Below, in pieces: positions 54,959 through 64,000 of a stretch of DNA of 64,000 nt. The notes below the pieces were generated by a model that was not told the DNA's origin, did no database searches, and was given only the letters and a program-made list of their open reading frames with translations. Each line of letters opens with the position of its first letter. Within the stretch, counting starts at the first letter, position 1. Source of the stretch: Adineta vaga (Eukaryota; Animalia; Rotifera); assembly GCA_021613535.1 (NCBI GenBank), contig CP075497.1, forward strand, positions 11,160,001 through 11,224,000, written 5' to 3'. The position numbers were made by a program, and so were the translations under genes.

Positions 54959-55055
54959 TGTTGATTACAATGTGTCACATGACAAATTTAGCAAACGACA
55001 GACGAATTTCTCAATCCTTGATAATCAATCTTAAATCATTAGTTTCTTTTGGAAG

Positions 55056-57468
55056 ATGGAAAGAACAGTTGAATATGTTCAAAGCATGTCTAATTTTGAT
55101 TCCATTTACAATGCACCTCTAAATGTTATCTCACAAACACCACCTTATATTCCCTTAATTTCGGTAGTGCCATTTTCAGTACTTCCAAACCGACCAACAT
55201 CACCCATATTCCGTCGATGTGTATCTCCTCCTAGTAGACAACCTATCCTACCTCCGCCAGGTCCTAAATTTAATTTTGATCTATACAAAACGAATGAAAG
55301 TATCAATGACTGCTGCGATGGGCGTATTTCACCGTCGTATCGTTCATTATCGCCAACATCTTCTAATGTAATTCACCATCGTTCAACATATTCGCCTCTT
55401 TCTTCTCCTTCAAACACTCGAACATACTTAAAATTACGAGAAATCAATGATGATTTATATCAAACATTAGCACAGACTGAATTCAACGATCCATCGACAT
55501 CAGCACCACATTACCATATTCATCATTATCCAGTATCACAACATTCCTATCCAACATATCGTTCACGATCAGTACATGACAAATATTCATCGTCAACGGA
55601 ATTAGAAATGGTAATTCCAATGAAATAAAAAACTTTTCCTACGTCCATCTTTTTTTCTATTAGTCACCTAAACTGCATCAAGCACGAGTGACATACAGAG
55701 TGCATTTTCCATCAGAACATCATCAAAAACAATCTCAATCTCGCAAATCTTCTCGTCATAGATCACCATCACCATCATCATCATCATCCGATCTTTCTTC
55801 AAATGAAGAACCGATCATTATTGATTTATATCCAACAAAAGATCAAGGTTTCATCGAAAAAGAAAGAATACGTTCTGATCATCGAAGTCCATGGATAGTT
55901 GATGGTACAGCACTTCGGCGCAATTCATATACGGATTCAAGTACATCTCGATCATATAAAATATCAAAAGGTTTATACTACGGCGATAAACCAATTAAAA
56001 CACGTCGTCGATCGAATCATGATAAAGGTTTGTTTGATAATATAATAGAAACTTGAAAAAATGGATTTATTTTTAGAACAACTATCATCACATCGATCAT
56101 CTTCGTCAAAAAAACATGAACGTGTATGGCGTCCTCCATCAAAGTCAACTTCAGATAGACCACCGAAATATTTTGAACCTACTTTGAAATCTGAACGTGA
56201 TATGCCAACAAGAGTACGATCGGCTATCGATGGTATAGAATCTGATCAAGTATCACAACGGAAAACATCTTCGAACCAACCTCACATTCGTACTAGTGAT
56301 CCGAAATTCAAACGGCGTATTGAAAATGCCGAAAGTAAAGTGAAAACAGCATGGGAACCAACGGTGACTGGTCTATCGCAATCTCCAGTTAAAGAATCAA
56401 AACCACCAACTTCACATCTTATTAAACAGACCACATTTGTGACACCTCCGAAATCGCATGCTAAACCTGTTCCATCAGAACCTTCAACACCCGTTAAAAA
56501 GCCTATCACTGTTCCACCACAACCATCGACAACTGCAAGTACTGGCCGAAGTTCAGTAAATGATTTACCAATAAAACCTATGTTTGAATCAACACCAAGA
56601 GATCAAAGTATCGCCGAAAAGAACAATGAAAGTGTCGAGGATTTATTTCAAAATGAATCTCATATATCTGAACCAGCCGATCGAAAACACGAATCGCATT
56701 CATCGTTACCTACATTACCAGAACAGCCACGAAAACCATCAACTGAACTTCGTATGTTCTATTCTTCTTCTATTCAAATAATAAATAAAAATTTCTATCG
56801 TATTTCTAGCAAAATCACCAGGAACCAAACCAGATGCAGAGCCCAGCTCAGCTGTAAAAGACAATGTTTCAATAACAGGAGACAACCATGATGAAAATCA
56901 ACTTAAAACTAGTACTTGTTGAAATATCTTCTTTTCCAATGACGTTTCATTTTATTTAGTATCTCCAATTCCTGTAAACGACTCGAAACGTAATGATGCA
57001 CAACCAGTACCATCATCTCCTAAAGCTCCAACGCCCGAACGAAAACGTACGTTTATCTATTTCGAACATTTTCATAGAAATCTTATGTTTTTAGCACCAT
57101 CAACAAAATCTGATCAGAAAAACGATAAAACAAAAGAAGAAGATGAAAGTGATGAAAATGATCAAGAAGTTGCACGTAGTTTTGATATCAATAGATGGCT
57201 TAATGATGCATCGAAAGCTATTTTTGGTACAGTTCAACACGGTGATACTACTCCTCCGTCCCAACCACCACCACCCCCATCAACATCCAAAGTAAAAAGT
57301 CCTCCTCGTCGAAAAATCGAACCACCAACACCTCCTCGTGAAAGTCCTGATCATAATCTATACAAACCTCCCTTTGGTCCCAAGAAAACCGATAAAAAGC
57401 CATCCACTCCACCACCAGCACCACCATCTACTGGTGAAACTGATGATGTCGATGATTTTTTTAGTTAA
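55056..57468 (+). CDS. Uncharacterised Ser/Pro-rich low-complexity (disordered) protein, about 6 exons
   Basis: Consecutive + ORFs separated by about 50-bp GT-AG introns; many SP/TP sites; ends DDVDDFFS*. Confidence 0.75.
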
Positions 57469-57651
57469 TATTATTTTTTCTATTTATACATATGTTTCAT
57501 AACAGAATTGTTTTTTTATTTTTTATCTAAATGTACGTCAAAGAAAAATTGGCGACAATTCTTATCGTTTTCTTTTCTAGATTTTAATATAACAGAAAGA
57601 AAAATAATATATATATATAATAACAAAGAAACTAATTCATTTTTCAATATC

Positions 57652-60600
57652 CTAATGAACGAAAAACATCGACGAACGATTGATTCGAAAAGCATCAAGT
57701 AATTGTTGAGCTTCTTTTTCGTAATGATACTTTGTTAAAAGGCCACTTAATTGTGTTGGATGCATTGTATCGGTAACTTGAACTGTCGATGATGAACGAT
57801 TACTTTTCAATGTATAAATAGCTGAACTAATCGCTAGTTTTTGTCGACATTCATCAATACCAATCAATCGAGATGAACTATGATCAGAATGTAAAGGTGT
57901 TAATGACTATTGAAAACAGAATAAAACATTAGGAAATTAAAAAAAAACAGAAATTCTTTTCTTTACATTATATTCGTAATTCATTGGATAGATAAATAAT
58001 TGATCAGTTAAATCATTACTCGATGGCATAGATGTTAGAGCATCAAAAGCTAGTTGAAGAACATTCTTTTGCTCTTTTATATCAGTTATTGAACAACCGT
58101 AATGAAACATTATTTGAGCCACTAGAAAGAAAAACCTTGATTTATTTCCGAGAAAAGAAACATGAGATCATAACATACTTTTTAAAGGTAATTTCATCGT
58201 TTTGTAAATTTCATAAAGCGCATATACGTGTGACATTTGAATAGGTTGAGTTTCCACACATGTACGTTCAAGATATCCTAATAATTCAAAATCAATAAAA
58301 CCTAATTTATCATGTTGATATTGAAGAAGTGTTTGAAGACGATATAATGATTGTTCATTGGATAATGAACATATGGCTAAAGCATATTCAAATGTAAACT
58401 GTTTTTGACTAAAATGAAATAATTTTGAAAATTAAACGATGAAATGAAATATAAAGATAAATAACCTTAAATAATCATTCGTATTTTGAATACACCAAAA
58501 TGCATCATCGAGATTTTTCAACTCAATACTAGTTTTGAATAATTCTTTAATGATCAATGCCTATTGAATGATAAAATGATGGATTAGAAGAGTTTGAGTT
58601 TGTTAAGAAAAGCAAATACAAACTCGAATCTCATTGGTATATGAACTTTGTAAAGATTGTTGAAGAAATGAAGCAACATGTTGACCTTGACCAAAATATT
58701 TCAAATATTCTCGAATCTATAAGAAGAAATAGAAATGATGAATATCTCATCTCTTCGAATTTCGATTCCAAATCATACCCATTCGATATAAAATAATTCA
58801 GGTAGTGTTTGTTTTCCAAACATTTTATTCAATAATGGATCTGTATGAATATCTTTCAATCCACTTGCTAAATATCTTGTCGCTATTTCAATATTTGTAC
58901 CTGATCGATAGAATGTCAACGCATGAAAGAATTGTCTATGAGAAGAAAAAAAAACAATCTTTCGTTCTGTTTTTCTCAAATGAAATTCTACCGAGCAGAA
59001 TTCAATTCTTTAAACCAAGAAAGTTTTCCACAATATTGATCTAAGATTGTCCATTGATGACGACTTGGTAAATAAGTAATAAGAAAATCATGACTTGGCC
59101 ATCTAAAAATCAATTCCTAGTCAAAATAGAATTGAACAAGAGAATTCTTACAGAAGCGAAAAGAGATTGTCAACAGAATTGATGATTGTTTGAAACCAAT
59201 TGTCTGCATCAGGTATTGTTTGATCTTGAGGAAAAATATCGAGAAAGATTTGTTCAAGTAAGGATTGATTGCCAATACGAGCTTTATATCGTTGTTGAGC
59301 TTGTTGATAAACAAGATTTTCAATAAAAAGATCACTGAAAGAATTCCTAGAAATTTTGAATTTCAATTATTTCTAATCAAAGAATGCTGACCGATCATCA
59401 ACAGTTAATGATGAAGATTCAATTCCACATGATGATATCCATAAAAGTATTCGATAGATTTGTAATAAATCTTGTAAATAAGGTAAAATTTGATCTTGAA
59501 GTTTATCTACTCGATGTGAACTAAGTCGAATCTAAAGAGAATCGTTTTTCTTTACATGAAAGTCTTTTGTTCTAGAAGAAAATTACTTGATTTGATCGAA
59601 AGACGAGAGGAATTAATTTATCTAATCGTTCAATTTGATGAATTCTTTCATGACATAATTGAACAAAAACAAGAACTAATAATCGACGTGCAATTTTCGA
59701 TGCAAATACATTATTATTGATTTCATTTAGATTCGTTTTTATCGAATGTTTATCATAAATTGTTCGAAAGATTTCCATTAATTGATCATTATTTACAATT
59801 GGATCAAGATGTTTTTGAATACGAAGTAATTGTCTAGAAAAAGTATATAATAACAAAAAAATTGAGTTCTTAATCTTAGTTTAAACTTACTGTGAAGTCA
59901 TTTGTTGATGATTAGAAGAATTTTCATTGAATAAATCATCATCAATTCGAGCAATTGTTTCTTCATCGGATATTTTTGTTAAGAATTCAATATCTTTCAC
60001 AAAATCTTTTTAGAAAAAAAGTTATGGATTTCAATGAAAATGAATTGACTTACGAGAATATTTTGGTAATGCTGGTTTCGACATTGAATAAAGTGATACA
60101 GCTGACTATAAAAGATTAAGAATGAGAGAAAGAAATTTGAAATTTTGATTTGAAATTACTTTATGAATGATAATAATCAATTGTCGTTCATCGAATATTC
60201 GACAACCGTATAGAACTAATGCATGAGCACGAAGATCAATCAATGTACTATAAAGATTTTGCCAAAATTTTGTAAGAATTTGTAAACGATCTTCTGTACC
60301 AATAGAATTTTCTTCGCAATGATCATTACACTAAATCGAATACAGAGGAAAAACAAAATTGATTTTCGAAAAAGATTTCAACAAATTTTCTTTACCAAAC
60401 TTTGAATAATCTTTGGTAATTCTTGAAGAATGTGTGTTAATGATGTCCATGATAGATTATATTCATCAAGATTCATATTAAATGTTATCCAAAGTGCCTC
60501 TTTAATCATATCAATTGTAAATTGTCCTGGTAAATTTAATCTTCGTTCAATATCATCGATTTGTGTTGAATCATCATGTAAATAGGTTTCATTTAAATCC

Positions 60601-62089
60601 ATGGGTAATTCAATAAATTGTTCATTTGAATGAGTTTTTAATTCATATTGAATTAGAAGAAGTATGGAACGATTTTGATTAGTTAAAAGATGAAGAATAA
60701 TTCGATCATTTGTACATGTAATTGATGTTAACGATGAACCATGTGGTAAATGAGAATGATCAGTAGATTGAAGACTTTTTGTATAAGTTTTATTTTGATA
60801 AAGTGATAGACGAAGATTTTCATTGGAATCATATTGAAATTCATAGATAAGTAAATGAAGAAGATCATTGGAATCCAAAATGATGAATAGACGTGTAATA
60901 AGTTCATCCGCAAAGGTTTCATATTGACAATAATCAAGAAACATTTTAGTCGGAAGTTTTGATGATGAATGTGGAAGATCAACAGATAAACTATGTTCAT
61001 GAAGAACTGTATCAAGCTAAAGAAGATGAAATTTGTATTTTGAAAACGAAAGAAAAGTATTTACTTGATCAGATAGAAATCGAAGTAAACCATTATCATA
61101 AAGAATGATCGTCATTGTCATTGTACTGTAGATAATAGTTGTTTGACCAGCAATTAATGGTTGATTTGGTTGATTAGATGTTACTGATTTACTTGAAAAA
61201 GAAGAGAATAAGAATTTGATTTGAGAAAAGGAATTACTTTGGATTCCAAAGAAAATTGAATAAACCAGTCGATTGACGTTTTGGAAAAGTTAATTGTTGT
61301 GGAGAATCTTGAATAAAATGAAAATTGAATCTAATTTATTATCAAAACATCTTTTACTTAAAAAATCTTGATTATCAAATCGAAGAATAAGTGTTTCTAA
61401 TTCATTATATAAAGCATAGATTAAATATTCATTTGTATATGAACATGTCACTTGAGTATATAATTGTAAATCATATTTATAAAAATGATTACGATTATTC
61501 AAATAATCCTCGGTAATATCTGCAAGGATTGATTGAGGTTGATCCTAAAGAAATCAAAGATTTATAAGACGATACATTTCAATGATAAAACTTACTAATT
61601 GACCAATTGTGGATAAGATTGGATGTTTAAGTTTCCAACGATAAATGCCAATATGTGTAACGAACATGAGACAAATTTGTTGTTGTTCAGGTAATTCAAC
61701 GATGAAAATATTTGGTAAGACAGTTGTTGCTGCATTGAATTGAATTTGAAGTGCATTATGTAGAAGATTTCTTGACATGGAATATTCAAATAATTGAAAA
61801 GCATTACTTTCTATTGTTCGCCTAGAGAAGATTTGTTTTCAATAGAAAATTCATTCGAAAGAGAATTTAGTTTCTTACCAGAAAAGTATTCGATCAAATG
61901 AACGATCAGCTGGCATCCATGCACCACCATGTGGTTGGATATTAGTTGTTTCTCTTATATCTAAATCTTATGAATTTCAACTTGTTTTTCATTTTGAAAT
62001 TGTCACTTACCGGCATGTTTATTTCCTATTGTTCGCCAGGTAATAAGATCATCAAGTAACGTTGCAACATGTTGGGTATTTGTAGTCAT
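57652..62089 (-). CDS. NUP160: Nuclear pore complex protein Nup160, divergent, many introns
   Basis: N-terminal DRILFWRTIESNAFQLFEYSMSRNLLHNALQIQF..VLPNIFIVELP..MFVTHIGIYRWKLKHP resembles Nup160. Also RRLNLPGQFTIDMIKEAL, a helical C-terminal region and IGIDECRQKLAISSA. Start MTTNTQH at 62089. Confidence 0.75.
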
Positions 62090-62577
62090 TATTCAATGTT
62101 TTAATAATGTATAATGAGGATAAGGAAAAATTCTTCTTCTTTTGAATGAAAAACCATAAGAAAATTTCGACCAATCAGAATTTGGTTAGTGACCTCTTCA
62201 ATGAAAGATAAGATATGAAAAAACAAAAAGATTCAGATTAAAAATGTGTTTTTAGGATAAAAACATTCATGATTTATTTTTTCGCATAGTTTTCTAAGGA
62301 AATTTTCCAAACATTGAAAAGGGTAAAGAACATTCTGGTAATAAATAAATAAGTATGAGTGTAAATTTTGGATGGATAGATCAGATCGGAATAGTATATA
62401 TGATTCACAGAAGAGTTTTTCATCATTCAATACACGTTACATCACATCACGATGTATATTCTTTTTTTGCACTTACTCGTTTGTTTCTCAGTCATTTGAC
62501 TGATGCAAAGCGAATTTTTCTCATGATTTTTGTTTGTTTTATAGAGTTCTTTTCGTCTTCATTTATATAAATTAAAA

Positions 62578-63277
62578 ATGCCTCGTCGATCTGGTGGTGG
62601 TGGTGGTGGTATGCGTTCATCATCTCCTACTCGGTATGTACTTTTTTTTTAATTCATTGTTTTCTATACAATCTATTTTGTATCTTGATTTTCAGAGCTC
62701 CTGCTCCAACTCGTGCTGTTGCATCTCGTCCTCCAGCTGCTCCAGCGCCAGTCACGGCACCACAGGGCCGTCAACCTGGTCTATTTGGTCAAATGGCTGC
62801 TACAGCCGGTGGTGTAGCTATTGGTTCAGCTGTTGGTCATACAATTGGTGCTGCTTTAACCGGTACGACTTCATGAAACTAGAGAATAATGAAATGAATG
62901 TTCATTCTTTCGTTATTTCAGGTGGATCTCGTGGTCATGATCAACCAGCTGTTACACAAGAAGCTGGTCCAAATGATCAACCACTTTATCAATCTTCTGG
63001 TGAACGATTCTCAACTGAACGATGTAATTTATATCAGAAAGAATTTATGAAATGCCTTGATCAAGCTGGTGGAGATTCAACACAATGTCAAGGCTTTTGG
63101 GATGCTTTGAAAGTAAAATTTCTCTTTTCTTCTATTGATCATTTCCTTAACTATATTTCTTTTTACTTTCAAGGAATGTCAACGTTTTCATGGTCCTAGC
63201 GGTATGTGATTAATAATTTGTACCTATGATTTTCTAATAATATTTTTTCTTTCTTTCTTTGTTTAGCAACGCTCTAA
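62578..63277 (+). CDS. CHCHD2: CHCHD2/CHCHD10-family mitochondrial twin-CX9C protein
   Basis: [11 protein letters not shown]..; [26 protein letters not shown]; [22 protein letters not shown] (twin CX9C). Last exon ATL* to 63277, or stop at 63209 if unspliced. Confidence 0.93.
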
Positions 63278-63480
63278 GTAATAACAAAAGATGGAATATG
63301 TTAATCAACACACGCTTCCCTTTCCCATAGTTGCTCTACTTCCAAGATTACATTCGATTCTATATCAATCGAAAAATTATTTTCTTTTCTTCTTCTGTAA
63401 CTTTGTTTTTCATTAGTCCAATAAAATCACATCCGAAAAAGATTAATTATCGAACTCCGAGCGCCAGATAAACTTATTGA

Positions 63481-64000
63481 ATGGATGATTTTAATTCTTG
63501 TCTCTTACAAATCCTTCGTTTTTGTATTGAAGCAAATCTTTTTCTTCATCAATTATATCAATTTGAATGTCACTTAACAAAGATTGATTCACTGTATCAT
63601 ATTTCATCTGATGATTATTTCACTATTCTTGAATGTCTTTCAATGATAATCAATGATTTGAATATCTATCATAGAAATTATTTTCAAAAACTTTATTTGA
63701 ATATTGAAAAGTATCTTCTAAGACAATATTTTACGATAAATTATTCTTCAGAAGAACTATTTCATGAAGATTTCGAACATTTGAAATATTTTCTTTGCCA
63801 TGAAATTAAATCATTTCAAAGAATTTTTCATTATTTACATAAATTAAGTATTAATTGTATCTTATGTCAACAATATCGAAGATTATGTACGAATATTGAA
63901 TTAGAAAAACGATTTAGTTGTATTCGAATGGATTTATTAATGAATTTAGAAACAGTAAATAGAAAAATTGAAGTTTTATTACTGAAAATTAATATGAATT
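63481..64000 (+). CDS. Uncharacterised protein, 5' part only (runs off the window end)
   Basis: Open frame from ATG 63481 (MDDFNSCLLQILRFCIEANLF...) to the end of the window, 173 codons with no stop in AT-rich DNA. Not in the ORF track. Confidence 0.6.
   Translation, partial: MDDFNSCLLQILRFCIEANLFLHQLYQFECHLTKIDSLYHISSDDYFTILECLSMIINDLNIYHRNYFQKLYLNIEKYLLRQYFTINYSSEELFHEDFEHLKYFLCHEIKSFQRIFHYLHKLSINCILCQQYRRLCTNIELEKRFSCIRMDLLMNLETVNRKIEVLLLKINMN

Overview
Eukaryotic, AT-rich (roughly 30% GC by eye), gene-dense metazoan DNA with many short (about 50-60 bp) GT-AG introns. The intron size, the divergent 7TM receptors and an intronless bacterial-type EEP gene are most consistent with a bdelloid rotifer (inference, not proven). 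About 26 protein-coding genes can be supported. Recognisable genes: CFAP92, three tandem divergent RhoA/Rho1-like GTPases, PARP3, Gdown1/POLR2M-like, klumpfuss, AhR/spineless, UPF1, a RING + ARB2/FAM172 fusion with an in-frame TAG, CHMP2B, GLRX5, a V-ATPase G-like paralog, NUP160 and CHCHD2/10. Also present: two GPCRs, an amidated neuropeptide precursor missed by the ORF track, a secreted Cys-repeat protein, a knottin-like peptide, a small hydrophilin-like peptide and several orphans. I saw no tRNA/rRNA, CRISPR array or recognisable transposon. Best leads: (1) an operon-like UPF1 > RING-ARB2 > CHMP2B run with a 53-bp spacer, plus recurrent splice acceptors abutting ATGs (SL trans-splicing signature); (2) the Rho triplet with remodelled switch I, CKxD and CxxH tails; (3) the RING-ARB2 fusion with an internal stop; (4) the unannotated -DPREFM-amide neuropeptide; (5) clustering of AhR response elements around the AhR gene itself. 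Exon boundaries were inferred by eye and family calls come from remembered motifs; no database search was run.
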